Shown here: positions 17,064 to 26,709 of the stretch, piece by piece | Position numbering within the stretch: position 1 is the first letter of the stretch | Layout: the number at the start of each line of letters is the position of its first letter | Source of the DNA: a virus | Length of the DNA: 64,000 nt | Reading direction: 5' to 3' (one strand) | IMG/VR virus record: IMGVR_UViG_2868238732_000001 | Location: 48,913 to 112,912 of that record | Notes under the pieces: generated by a model | The model's database searches: none | What the model was told of the DNA's origin: nothing | The model's input: the letters and a program-made list of their open reading frames with translations, nothing else | Made by a program: the position numbers and the translations under genes

Positions 17064-17282
17064 ATGATATTGTTTGACTGGTTAAAAAGAAATAAGAAAG
17101 TTGCAGCAGAATGTTACTCAGCTCCAGGGGAATCAAGGTTAGCAAAACTCTTTTGGAACGAGAAACTTGGGTTATACGAAGATGACTTTGGAAACCTATT
17201 TGAAAAAGAGAATAGTGGGAATGGATTGTGCACATTGAAAAAAATATCTATTTTTGATGAGAGGTTCCTAAAACACATTTAA
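17064..17282 (+). CDS. Hypothetical protein
   Basis: GGGAG RBS; ATG at 17064. Confidence 0.65.
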   Translation: MILFDWLKRNKKVAAECYSAPGESRLAKLFWNEKLGLYEDDFGNLFEKENSGNGLCTLKKISIFDERFLKHI

Positions 17283-17368
17283 AATCTAAATTTGATGAGG
17301 GTGTAGCAATTAAACAATAAGATATGTTAAAATATTCTTACATATTAAAATGTAAGGAGAAGGTAAAA

Positions 17369-18037
17369 ATGAACGGACTTAAATATGTATTATTGATACA
17401 CGTTATGGAGCATGAAGAGTTAGCTGAGAAGCTTGGTGTTAAAAAATCATATATTGATAACCGAGTGGCAGGGAGAAGCGACATTCCTCAAGAATATAGC
17501 AAAACCCTTATGGATATCTTCAACATACCTATTCGATACTTTAACGAAGAATTAACTGAAGAAAACATAAAATATATCTTGGAACATAGTAAAAGTTGTG
17601 GTGTTATAACGGGGCTTGAGTATGTGCTAAATATATATGAGATACAGAATAAGGATTTCGCAGAGATACTTGGTATTAATAAACAAATCATCAATCTATG
17701 GAAAAAGAAAAAGCAAGGTATACCTAGTAAATACATCCCTGGAATTCTAGAAATATTAGGTGGAACTCCTTCAAAGTACCTACAGAAAGAATTAACAATA
17801 GAAGACATGAAAGATCTTTCAACATATATAGATATGAAAAAAAATATTCTACAAAACAAAGAGTTTAGCGAAAGAATTATTAAACTAAATAGAGAAGTTA
17901 TGAAAAAAATAATTAACAATGTTCCGTTAAAAATATCTAGTGACTTATTGGATAAGATAGAAGAATTGTCTCAACGTCAGCAGTTAACTGTAGATCAACA
18001 AATTATAAAAATACTGTCTGATTATTTCAAAGAATAA
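17369..18037 (+). CDS. Protein with two XRE-like HTH domains and a C-terminal ribbon-helix-helix-like segment
   Basis: ELAEKLGVKKSYIDNRVAGRSDIP and DFAEILGINKQIINLWKKKKQGIP; C-terminal VPLKISSDLLDKIEELS. Confidence 0.75.
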   Translation: MNGLKYVLLIHVMEHEELAEKLGVKKSYIDNRVAGRSDIPQEYSKTLMDIFNIPIRYFNEELTEENIKYILEHSKSCGVITGLEYVLNIYEIQNKDFAEILGINKQIINLWKKKKQGIPSKYIPGILEILGGTPSKYLQKELTIEDMKDLSTYIDMKKNILQNKEFSERIIKLNREVMKKIINNVPLKISSDLLDKIEELSQRQQLTVDQQIIKILSDYFKE

Positions 18038-18143
18038 TATAAAAAGAATATTTTAATAGGAAGAAGACAATTATAAAATATAAAAGTGAGGAAGTATAAT
18101 TAAACTTTAAATCAATAAATAAATTACAAAAGAGGAATTTGAA

Positions 18144-18830
18144 ATGACATCAAAAATTGAGATAAGAAATAGTGAAATTATTAGAAAAAGTGTTGCAGGG
18201 AAAACACATGAAGAATTAGCCATAGAATATAGTACATCTTTATCTAATATTAATAATATAGTTGGACAATATATTGAATTCAAAAATTATTGTAACGAAA
18301 TGGAGAATTATATATCTAAGAATGAAATTAATAAAGACGTAAAAATGTATAATTTGCTTAAACTATTAAAATTTCATACACGTAGCATCAATGCATTGAT
18401 AGATAAAAATATTATGAGCATTGAAGACCTTATCTCATTGGAAAGGGATGAAATTTGTTGTATAAGACGTATTGGAAAAACAACCGTACAACATATTAAT
18501 GAATGTATCAATAACTATAATAATAATGGTAATAATTCGTTAAAACCATTCACAAATGATGAAATAATTTTGAATAATTTCAATAAAAATGTGAATCTTT
18601 TTATATTAAGAGGAAAATTAACTGAAAATAATAGAATCACTTGCCCTTGTGCTAATAATCAAATACTAATACAAGCTATAAAAGGTGATAGAGAGTATAT
18701 TCGGAAATTAATTGATTTAGTGGATAATAACCAGTTCACATTTAGTTTTCTGAAAAAGGAAGTAAATAAAGAATTCGATAGATTGGAAAAAAGAAATGAA
18801 CAGTTAGTAGAAATGTTAAATAAAATGTGA
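18144..18830 (+). CDS. HTH plus RNA polymerase alpha-CTD-like domain protein
   Basis: N-terminal RNSEII...GKTHEELAIEYSTSLSNI helix-turn-helix. LKFHTRSINALIDKNIMSIEDLISLERDEICCIRRIGKTTVQHI matches the alpha-CTD pattern LxLSVRSxNCL...I.TVxDL....xxL.xI.NxGxKSxxEI. Confidence 0.65.
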   Translation: MTSKIEIRNSEIIRKSVAGKTHEELAIEYSTSLSNINNIVGQYIEFKNYCNEMENYISKNEINKDVKMYNLLKLLKFHTRSINALIDKNIMSIEDLISLERDEICCIRRIGKTTVQHINECINNYNNNGNNSLKPFTNDEIILNNFNKNVNLFILRGKLTENNRITCPCANNQILIQAIKGDREYIRKLIDLVDNNQFTFSFLKKEVNKEFDRLEKRNEQLVEMLNKM

Positions 18831-18909
18831 AGAGCTATAAAAGTAGTTTTTTATATTAAGGAAATGTATAATTAAATAAAATAATAAAAGTGAAAGAAGG
18901 AATAATATT

Positions 18910-19140
18910 ATGAAAAACATTAACAATTTAAAACCAAAAACAGCAATTATACTTGAAGGGGAAAGCAATGAGGTTATGACCTTAATTCTAAATGAAACAG
19001 TTGTTGAAGTAACCACTGATGGCACTGAACATGTTAAAAAGCAAGAGGGACTAATTACATTTATAAATGAAGATGGACTTAAGCTCGAAGCTGGAGACCT
19101 AATATTTTGGGAATATGTAAAAGAGATAAATGTCTTATAA
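18910..19140 (+). CDS. Hypothetical protein
   Basis: AAGG RBS. Confidence 0.75.
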   Translation: MKNINNLKPKTAIILEGESNEVMTLILNETVVEVTTDGTEHVKKQEGLITFINEDGLKLEAGDLIFWEYVKEINVL

Positions 19141-19210
19141 AAATAGTTTCTATTACAAAGATACTAAAAGAGATATAACTTAAAAGACAACTTATAAAGG
19201 AGAAATATTG

Positions 19211-19363
19211 ATGAATGAGAAAAATTGTACTGATTGTGGATATTGTAAAGAGTTTCCAGAGCATAGTTTTTGTCAGTGTTCCGACAAAGGAAGTCATGAA
19301 TTAACGACTTATAATGAAGCAAAGAATTGTGAATATTATGATGATGATAGCTGGATGAAATAA
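19211..19363 (+). CDS. Small Cys-rich protein (50 aa)
   Basis: AAGGAG RBS; MNEKNCTDCGYC...FCQC...NCEYY. Confidence 0.65.
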   Translation: MNEKNCTDCGYCKEFPEHSFCQCSDKGSHELTTYNEAKNCEYYDDDSWMK

Positions 19364-19452
19364 TAAAATGAGTATTTGATAAGACGAAATTTGAAAAAAA
19401 TACGTAGTGAAGAGATTAAGTAAAAAATGATTAGTTGGTTTAGAAATATAAT

Positions 19453-19486
19453 AAAAGCCTACTAAATTACATTAGTAAGCTTTTTT
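19453..19486. terminator. Bidirectional terminator-like hairpin at the left edge of the cargo block
   Basis: AAAAGC.TACTAA...TTAGTA.GCTTTT. Confidence 0.6.
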
Positions 19487-19537
19487 CGTTTAAATATCTT
19501 AAAATTGTACAATTTATTGCCTTCATTATAAATTCCA

Positions 19538-19744
19538 TTACTTATTATCACGGATTTTTTTACTGGAAAAGTGGGTGATTGTTACTGGGGGATCTACGCT
19601 TTCGTCTTTTACACATTTACACACGCCTGAACTACAATCTTGTACATAACCCTCTGCGCATGGCGGGTCAGTACGTAAAATTTTAGAGTCAACAGATTGA
19701 TTAGTGTGTTTTTTTTCTTTTGGCGAATTATTCATCTTATTCAC
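19538..19744 (-). CDS. Small Cys-rich peptide
   Basis: AAAGGAAAG RBS; TDPPCAEGYVQDCSSGVCKCVKDESVDPPV. Confidence 0.55.
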   Translation of the reverse strand: MNKMNNSPKEKKHTNQSVDSKILRTDPPCAEGYVQDCSSGVCKCVKDESVDPPVTITHFSSKKIRDNK

Positions 19745-19995
19745 ATCTCTTTCCTTTAATATTAGCTTTATTACTTCTAGTATGTCTAAACCTAAAATAT
19801 TTTATACATTGATTACCTGGATGATAACAAAGTAACTTATAATAGTGAAAATGAAGAATGTCCGCCAATGTATTTTAGCGAAAGTCTTTAAAAATTGAAT
19901 AGTGTGATATATGTATGTTATAATTTAACAATAAATAAATTTGAATTTTGTTGTGATTTATTTACAAATCCAATAAAATGGAAAGGACAAATTAA

Positions 19996-20757
19996 ATGGA
20001 CAATTGGTTTACAATAGATCATATAGATAAGGATACACATATCATCAGTGAATACCGACATTGGGAGGAAACACATGCCTATCTTTTAAATGGTACTGAA
20101 AGGAGCCTATTGATTGATACTGGTCTTGGTATTTGCAATATTTATGATGAAGTGATAAAACTGACTGACAAACCAATAACTGCTGTGGCAACTCATATTC
20201 ATTGGGATCATATCGGTGGGCATAAGTTTTTTCCTGACTTTTATGCTCATGAGAATGAATTAAACTGGCTGAATGGAGAATTTCCACTGACTTTGGAACA
20301 AATCAAGGACATGGTAGTAGATCGTTGCGATTTGCCAGAAGGTTATAATGTGGACAATTACAAATTCTTTCAGGGTACACCTACAATGGTTCTAAAAGAT
20401 AATGACATCATTGATATAGGAGGACGTTCTATTCAAGTGCTACATACGCCCGGCCATTCACCAGGACACATATGTTTTTTTGAAAAGGAACGTGGTTATC
20501 TTTTCACAGGTGATTTAGTTTATAAAGATACTTTATTTGCTTATTATCCTTCTACTGATCCGAAAGCTTATTTGAAATCAATTGAGAGAATTGTAACACT
20601 TCCAGTAAAAAAGGTTTTTCCAGCGCATCACAGTTTGGATATACATCCAGAAATACTCATTAGGATGCGTGATGCTTTTAGACAGTTGGAATCGAAAGGT
20701 AAATTGCATCACGGTAGTGGTACTTTTGAATACAAAGATTTTGCTATCTGGATATAA
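19996..20757 (+). CDS. Metallo-beta-lactamase-fold hydrolase
   Basis: LIDTG, THIHWDHIGG (HxHxDH), HTPGHSPG, FTGD, PAH. Confidence 0.93.
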   Translation: MDNWFTIDHIDKDTHIISEYRHWEETHAYLLNGTERSLLIDTGLGICNIYDEVIKLTDKPITAVATHIHWDHIGGHKFFPDFYAHENELNWLNGEFPLTLEQIKDMVVDRCDLPEGYNVDNYKFFQGTPTMVLKDNDIIDIGGRSIQVLHTPGHSPGHICFFEKERGYLFTGDLVYKDTLFAYYPSTDPKAYLKSIERIVTLPVKKVFPAHHSLDIHPEILIRMRDAFRQLESKGKLHHGSGTFEYKDFAIWI

Positions 20758-21016
20758 TTACAAACTATAAAAGACAGAATGAGTATAGCAAAAAAAATTA
20801 CAAATTACAATTTATAGTTTAATAATACAAGTTTATTAAAAAATGAATAACATTTTTAAATATCACATTATTCAAAAGTAAATGAATGTTGTGATATTTT
20901 TTTGTGCGTAATACAAATAAAATGGTAAATTTAAAATAGAAGAGACATATTAAGATGAATAATTTATTTTAAAATAGGTATTGTTTATATTTTAAAAAGT
21001 GTGATATACTATAGTT

Positions 21017-21100
21017 ATAGAAAGTCGTTGGACTTTTGTTATATTATATGTTGGATACTAAAAGCACTTTGTCTGCGAAAACAATGGGTGCTTTTTAGTT
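21017..21100 (+). ncRNA. Candidate convergent antitoxin sRNA
   Basis: TTGTTT-18bp-TATACT with extended TG (20981-21010), no ORF, ending at a bidirectional terminator shared with the opposite gene. Confidence 0.4.
21059..21096. terminator. Bidirectional intrinsic terminator
   Basis: AAAAGCAC...GTGCTTTT. Confidence 0.75.
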
Positions 21101-21280
21101 TTTTGTGGATTTATCTGAATTTTCAGTTGTAATTGCAATTTCACTATTAACCACATCCTTAATTGAAGTCTTACTTTTAACAGTAAGTCTATCTTTTAAG
21201 TAAGTAGAAATAAACACTATTGTTGCCATTCCTAAACTTGTTGCACATATCATAGCTACAATTGTAATTTTATCGCTCAC
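21095..21280 (-). CDS. Small single-TM protein, candidate type I toxin
   Basis: AAAGGAG RBS with GTG at 21280 (or ATG at 21286). N-terminal hydrophobic helix ITIVAMICATSLGMATIVFISTYL and a charged tail. Confidence 0.6.
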   Translation of the reverse strand: MSDKITIVAMICATSLGMATIVFISTYLKDRLTVKSKTSIKDVVNSEIAITTENSDKSTKN

Positions 21281-21606
21281 ACTCATCACTCCTTTGATGA
21301 TAGATTGTCCAACGACTTCCAATGGTTTGAGAAAAATACAAGGAGTGATGTAACCAACATATTATTTTCTCATAAAATTATTATATCATAACTAATGAGG
21401 TGTTGGAATATAATTGAAAAATTAATTACTTAATACAATGAATCGATTAGTCATAATAATTACTTATAAAAATATTAGTTTAAACTAAAGACTCAATCAT
21501 AGTGATATTTATTCCACCCCATCATTTTATTATAGGGCTTTTTATAAAATTATGGTTAGTTGATCTCTTATAATTTATAAAATTTATTTGTAGAATGACC
21601 TTTTAA

Positions 21607-22836
21607 TCAACTAAATGGAGGTACCGATATACTGCATCGAGGTTGCTCTGACCATATTTCAGTATTGAGATAAAATCGTAATGTAGATGCAAGTCTTGCA
21701 AAATACTCATCCGCGGTATGAGACTCTAGAGTGCAAAAGGTGACGTCCTGGTTAAATACCTCATATCTAGCGGGAAAAACTGAACCTCTTTGTCCCATAG
21801 CCTCATGTTTTGTTGCATAGACGTAAAAGAAAAGCAGTGCAAAATCGACATAAGAAAACCATACCTTAGTTCCATATAGGGGATCGCTATCGTATACGCC
21901 AGTCACTGCTGGAGCATTTTTATAATCTCCAGTATTTGCGAAGGCATTCAAAGGCAGTGCTGCAGCTAAAACGAGCCATGAATTTAGAGGCTTTTCCGAA
22001 TCTGGAAATTGTTTTTTTAATTCTTCTGCTGCATGAGCCATCACCAGGCAACCTAGCGAATGTGAAATGACTTTCCCTCTCTTTGTTCTGTCGATATTTG
22101 AATCAGCCATCTTTTTAAGAAAAGGGAGCAAAACTTCTTCACCAGTATATATGGCTCTTTTTTGCCATTCTCTCCACATAACCGCCGCAAAGAATTCAGG
22201 TGCATCCCCGGTGACAGTTCCACCCAAGACAGTTTCAAAACCAGCTCGTATGATTACTTCTTCATCATTGCTTAAGGTACTATCGTAACTGACAATAAAA
22301 ACATCTGTATCTTTGCTATAGTCAGTGATGTCATTATTATACATCCTGGCGGCATTCTCAAATTTTTCGTAGAATTCATAGGCAGCTTCCTTTGTGGGCT
22401 CATTTTCTATCCCATGAATAAACACAAAAGGAGTACGATCGGCAGGAAATGTGATAGTATTAATGTCGATTTCTTGCATATTCTCAGAACCTCTTCCTTC
22501 CCAGACGGCCTCCTTGGGATTAATCAATTGAAAGATCCTTGGATAAATTTTACGATGCAACTTACCGCCAACACGTTCCCATACCATGTCGAATACTTCA
22601 ATATAGGAATCAATCACTTCATTTGTAATGACTGCTTGATATTCACTGGTTCTATTAGCAATCCGGTTCCTGATACTGTCGAAATCCGAAACACATCCTT
22701 CTGCTCTATCAAGGATAAACTTAATGTCTTCGCACGTATTATTAATAACATTGATTGCAGTATCGTTGACCGACTTTAAATTTGCCTTTACCTTCTTTTC
22801 TGCAGCACCTAAGTCAATAATCTTTGATTTATTCAT
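21607..22836 (-). CDS. Alpha/beta-hydrolase (DUF900-like)
   Basis: FVFIHGI oxyanion strand and ISHSLG nucleophile elbow. Confidence 0.75.
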   Translation of the reverse strand: MNKSKIIDLGAAEKKVKANLKSVNDTAINVINNTCEDIKFILDRAEGCVSDFDSIRNRIANRTSEYQAVITNEVIDSYIEVFDMVWERVGGKLHRKIYPRIFQLINPKEAVWEGRGSENMQEIDINTITFPADRTPFVFIHGIENEPTKEAAYEFYEKFENAARMYNNDITDYSKDTDVFIVSYDSTLSNDEEVIIRAGFETVLGGTVTGDAPEFFAAVMWREWQKRAIYTGEEVLLPFLKKMADSNIDRTKRGKVISHSLGCLVMAHAAEELKKQFPDSEKPLNSWLVLAAALPLNAFANTGDYKNAPAVTGVYDSDPLYGTKVWFSYVDFALLFFYVYATKHEAMGQRGSVFPARYEVFNQDVTFCTLESHTADEYFARLASTLRFYLNTEIWSEQPRCSISVPPFS

Positions 22837-23113
22837 TATAATATCGCCTTTCCTCTCTTATAACGTATTTGTAAAGTTTTTCCATGCGCCATCTGAATTA
22901 TTACATCTAAAACACTATTAGCATTGATAATAATAACTATTCCCATGAATTATAATTATTATTCAAAGAAGAGTGTCTTATAGCTGCAGTAGTTTAGCTG
23001 AGGGGTTATATACTTTAAAGAATAGACTGATATTTGCACTTAAGGATAATCGGGACTTTGACTTTGATGATGAGGTTGTAGATAACTACGGGCATAAAAG
23101 TTTATATTAACGC

Positions 23114-23142
23114 TTGACAATTAAACAATAATATTATAATAT
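23114..23142 (+). promoter_or_regulatory. sigmaA promoter with the consensus recurrent motif in the spacer
   Basis: TTGACA-ATTAAACAATAATATTA-TAATAT. Confidence 0.75.
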
Positions 23143-23178
23143 GTAAATAACAAATAAATAAAAAGAGGAGCGGTCAAT

Positions 23179-23799
23179 ATGAAAAATCAAATTGCACAGT
23201 TAAACCAGGCAAAATTCAAAAGCTGGACCGAAGGAAAAACAGTAGAGGTTATTGATCAGAAGTACATTGAGCTAACAGAGCAGATTCATATTTGTTCAAA
23301 GCCTATCAATATTAAGAAGTTGTTATTCATGTTCCAAAACAAGGAGTTTGTAAACAGGACAATCATAGTCAAGAAGTATAAGGATAGATATAGCCTGGTT
23401 GTGGGTTTGAAGTGGTTAAAGGTAGCTAAAGCATTGAATATTCCTATCTCTTGTATTGTTATTAATGAGAAGTATAATCATCAAAGGTTTGTTAAAAAAG
23501 TTGGATTGATAGAAAATTCAGCAGAGGATATTAAGGTTCCAAAGGGAACAGAGTTCTTATATCCGGTTGGAAGAGTTAAAATAGCTGCATACCTAAAGAA
23601 GCATTCTCCCAATGGAGCAAAGTATAAAAAGAAAGAAGCTTTTTACTTGAAGAATCAAGTAATAGATAAGCCTATCACAGTAATTAAAAATAGTCAGGAT
23701 AAGAATGGTGTAGTTGTAGTGGATGAATATATAAGATTCTTAGTTCTTGTTAAACATGGTGTTAAGAGTATTCCAGTTAAGTTTGCTGTAAACAACTAA
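23179..23799 (+). CDS. Protein with two ParB/Srx-like repeats (weak)
   Basis: TIIVKK..RYSLVVGLKWLKVAKALNI.ISCIV and PITVIK....VVVDEYIRFLVLVKHGVKSIPV. Confidence 0.45.
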   Translation: MKNQIAQLNQAKFKSWTEGKTVEVIDQKYIELTEQIHICSKPINIKKLLFMFQNKEFVNRTIIVKKYKDRYSLVVGLKWLKVAKALNIPISCIVINEKYNHQRFVKKVGLIENSAEDIKVPKGTEFLYPVGRVKIAAYLKKHSPNGAKYKKKEAFYLKNQVIDKPITVIKNSQDKNGVVVVDEYIRFLVLVKHGVKSIPVKFAVNN

Positions 23800-23826
23800 A
23801 CAATAATATTATGGGAGGAATGTAAA

Positions 23827-24276
23827 ATGGATTGTATCGATATAGGAATAATAGGAGTTGTAGTGGTGGGAGTCACTTACCTAGTTCTTGAAAGTAGATA
23901 CTCAAGGAATAAGAGAAAAACTTTAGATGAAAAATATAATGTAAATAAATTCCCGGTAACTTCGATAATGGGAAATCAGTATTATGCTGAGATAATTTAT
24001 AACCATAGAGAATATTGTAATAAAAGATTTAGTTGTAAAATTTATAAGAGATTATTAAAGAAGAATGGAAAATTCAAAGATGAATTATTGTTGAATCGAG
24101 ATGTGGGATTTGAAAGTTTTGATTATGATTATGTTGAAGTAGTAAAAATAACTATAGGAGAATATGAAGCTGAGCATAAAGCAGAGATACTAAAGAAGAA
24201 ACACAAGGATGAATCAATTACAATGAACAAGAAGCTATTCAATGAATGGGATGGAGTAATTCGAGAGGAGAGTTAA
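23827..24276 (+). CDS. Hypothetical protein with N-terminal membrane anchor
   Basis: IGIIGVVVVGVTYLVL. Confidence 0.75.
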   Translation: MDCIDIGIIGVVVVGVTYLVLESRYSRNKRKTLDEKYNVNKFPVTSIMGNQYYAEIIYNHREYCNKRFSCKIYKRLLKKNGKFKDELLLNRDVGFESFDYDYVEVVKITIGEYEAEHKAEILKKKHKDESITMNKKLFNEWDGVIREES

Positions 24277-24278
24277 TC

Positions 24279-24467
24279 ATGACAATAATGCAGAAAGCGA
24301 ATTATCTAATAGACGAACTAGGAGTTCGGCAGCAATTTATATGCGACAAGATAGGCATGGGCAAAAGTTCTTTCAGTGAGTTTGTAAATGGTAAGAGAGG
24401 AATAAAGGCTGTTAATAAGGCTAAATTAGAGGTGCTGGTGAGTAATTATAATATAGTTGAAATATAA
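24279..24467 (+). CDS. XRE-family HTH regulator
   Basis: GVRQQFICDKIGMGKSSFSEFVNGKR; GAGGAG RBS with ATG at 24279. Confidence 0.8.
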   Translation: MTIMQKANYLIDELGVRQQFICDKIGMGKSSFSEFVNGKRGIKAVNKAKLEVLVSNYNIVEI

Positions 24468-24493
24468 CTTGAACAACGGAACAATAATATTAC

Positions 24494-24790
24494 GTGAGGG
24501 GAATAACTATGAGAATATATGAAATAAATAGATACCAGTTTGAGGACAAAGAATATAGCAAGTGGTTAGGAGACTTAAATAAAGGCCTAAGAAAAGCAGG
24601 ATTAAAGAACGAGTCATTATCAGCATACAAATCCATATGTAGTCAAATGAGAGAACAAATATGTACTGAAAATATATTATTACTTTGTACAGAAAACAAT
24701 GGAGAAATTACGATTATAGAGTTTGACCATAAGGCTGATGGATTAATACACTCACATTATTTCGAGGAAGGAAAAGGTTATTATATATAA
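24494..24790 (+). CDS. Hypothetical protein
   Basis: ORF in the co-oriented cluster. Confidence 0.7.
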   Translation: MRGITMRIYEINRYQFEDKEYSKWLGDLNKGLRKAGLKNESLSAYKSICSQMREQICTENILLLCTENNGEITIIEFDHKADGLIHSHYFEEGKGYYI

Positions 24791-24827
24791 GAAATAACTT
24801 AAAAAGCTTATTTTAAGAGGAGGAATT

Positions 24828-25145
24828 ATGGAAGAATCAGCATGTGCTATCAATTTAAAAAAACTCAAAGAAGAAGAGTTAAAACGCAAAGGATATAACG
24901 CTCAAGATATAGGACTATTGAACTCATTAAAAGAGATGGAAAAGTTTCCAGAAATATTAGAGCACTATCTTGAAATATATATTCACAATAAAGTAATGTA
25001 TGAAAATCAGAATAAGAAATTAAAAGAATCTGTTTTAGTATGGTGGAAGGAACATAAAGACGATATAGATACTGGAAGGCATTCAGAATACAATGTTTAC
25101 GATGAAGTGCCTGATTTTGTTAAGATAGCAATGGGAAGAAGATAA
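24828..25145 (+). CDS. Hypothetical protein
   Basis: GAGGAGG RBS. Confidence 0.8.
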   Translation: MEESACAINLKKLKEEELKRKGYNAQDIGLLNSLKEMEKFPEILEHYLEIYIHNKVMYENQNKKLKESVLVWWKEHKDDIDTGRHSEYNVYDEVPDFVKIAMGRR

Positions 25146-25176
25146 TAAATTTATTTTAAAGAGGAGGGAATTATTA

Positions 25177-25635
25177 ATGATTAAAATAGTTGAAGGTAAT
25201 ATATTAAATGCAACTGAAGATGTAATATGTCAACAAGTAAACTGTCAAGGAGTTATGGGAGCCGGACTAGCTAAACAAATTAGAAATAAATATCCAGAAG
25301 TCTACCCATTATATAAAAGGTTCTGTGAAGGCTGTGAAAATAACGATAGGAGAACTTTACTAGGAGAGATTCAAACTATTCCCGTATCTGATGGCAAAGT
25401 AATAGCAAACCTATTTGGTCAATATAATTATGGAAGAGATAAACAATATACTGATTATAAAGCCTTGAGAGAATGCTTAGAGGGTATGTTGAGAATGGTG
25501 AGCATGTTCGATGACTCAATAGCAATACCATATGAGATAGGCTGCGGACTAGCCGGTGGAGACTGGAATATAGTTTATAAAATAATTGAAGATGTTTTTA
25601 AAGATTATGAGGTTACACTTTATAAATTCAAATAA
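25177..25635 (+). CDS. Macrodomain protein (Poa1/DarG-like ADP-ribose hydrolase)
   Basis: VEGNILNA...ICQQVNCQGVMGAGLAKQIRNKYP; IANLFGQ; IAIPYEIGCGLAGGDW. Confidence 0.9.
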   Translation: MIKIVEGNILNATEDVICQQVNCQGVMGAGLAKQIRNKYPEVYPLYKRFCEGCENNDRRTLLGEIQTIPVSDGKVIANLFGQYNYGRDKQYTDYKALRECLEGMLRMVSMFDDSIAIPYEIGCGLAGGDWNIVYKIIEDVFKDYEVTLYKFK

Positions 25636-25692
25636 TATTTAAAATGTCACCAGTAGAAAAGCTGGTGTAAGATAAAGAGGAGGGAATTATTA

Positions 25693-25968
25693 ATGAAAGA
25701 ATGTAAGTTTTATTTTGACGAGATAGTCTACGTAGATTTTGAAGACCACAAAATAATTGGTAAAGTTCAAAGCCATAGAATTACAGATACAGGAATGATA
25801 TTATACAATGTTTCTTTAGCTGGTTTATATGTTCCACCCACAATGGTTCACAAATTGACAGAAGCCCAAGAAACTGCTTATTTTGAACTATTGAAGAAGT
25901 ATGATGGTATAAATAAGACAGAGGTATTTACTGAAGAAATGCAAGAAATATTCAAGAGGGAAGAGTAG
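25693..25968 (+). CDS. Hypothetical protein
   Basis: GAGGAGG RBS. Confidence 0.75.
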   Translation: MKECKFYFDEIVYVDFEDHKIIGKVQSHRITDTGMILYNVSLAGLYVPPTMVHKLTEAQETAYFELLKKYDGINKTEVFTEEMQEIFKREE

Positions 25969-26397
25969 ATATGGATTTATCAAAATATACATTCTGGCAA
26001 TTGATTAAATTGTATAATCAAATAGGAATAGAATTCTTAAAGAGGACATGGTGGATTTGGATTATTATATTAGCTACTGCGATAATTGTAATAATATATA
26101 AAAATAGACAAAAGTAGCAGTTTATAAAAGATCTCTTTTAAAAGGGATATTGGTGACTAAAGTCACCAGCTAAAATAAAAATATTGAAAAAAGCAAAAAT
26201 ATAATTGAGCATTATATCTAAATTATATAATTGAAAATGTTGATTTCAGAGGGTCGAAGCATAGTCCAATATGTAGTATAAAAGTATTTTTAATTGTTAG
26301 AGATGCTGGATTTAAACGGTCACAGATTAAAAATAAAATAATTAAATCGTACCTCTAAAAAAATGGGCTTATAATTATAAGAGAAAGGAGAACTACT

Positions 26398-26706
26398 ATG
26401 AAGGAAGTTAACGCAGACTTATATGAGTTTTTAAATAATCACGAAGTCCACATATATATAGTTGATAAGAAAATAGAATCTCAGGTATTCATACCATTTT
26501 ATGATTTAGAAGATTTTGTAAAGATAGCTGGTTCTGGATGGCTAGATGAAGGTGGAGCAGATTGTAAACTTCAAGATGGAAACATTTGTATTGATATAGT
26601 AGACCTTATAGAGAGCGATGGACACCTAATATCTTCCTATAGTAATTGTTTTGAGAAAGATGAATGGAACCAGTATAGAGAACAAATTTTAAAGATGGAG
26701 GAATAG
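26398..26706 (+). CDS. Hypothetical protein
   Basis: AAAGGAG RBS. Confidence 0.8.
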   Translation: MKEVNADLYEFLNNHEVHIYIVDKKIESQVFIPFYDLEDFVKIAGSGWLDEGGADCKLQDGNICIDIVDLIESDGHLISSYSNCFEKDEWNQYREQILKMEE

Positions 26707-26709
26707 ATA

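Noticed and set aside
22981-23006. GCTGCAGTAGTTTAGCTGAGGGG resembling pieces of the 11300-11400 leader
   Set aside because: The matches are short, and the region reads better as a coding remnant (RVSYSCSSLAEGLYTLKNRL...), so this is probably coincidence.
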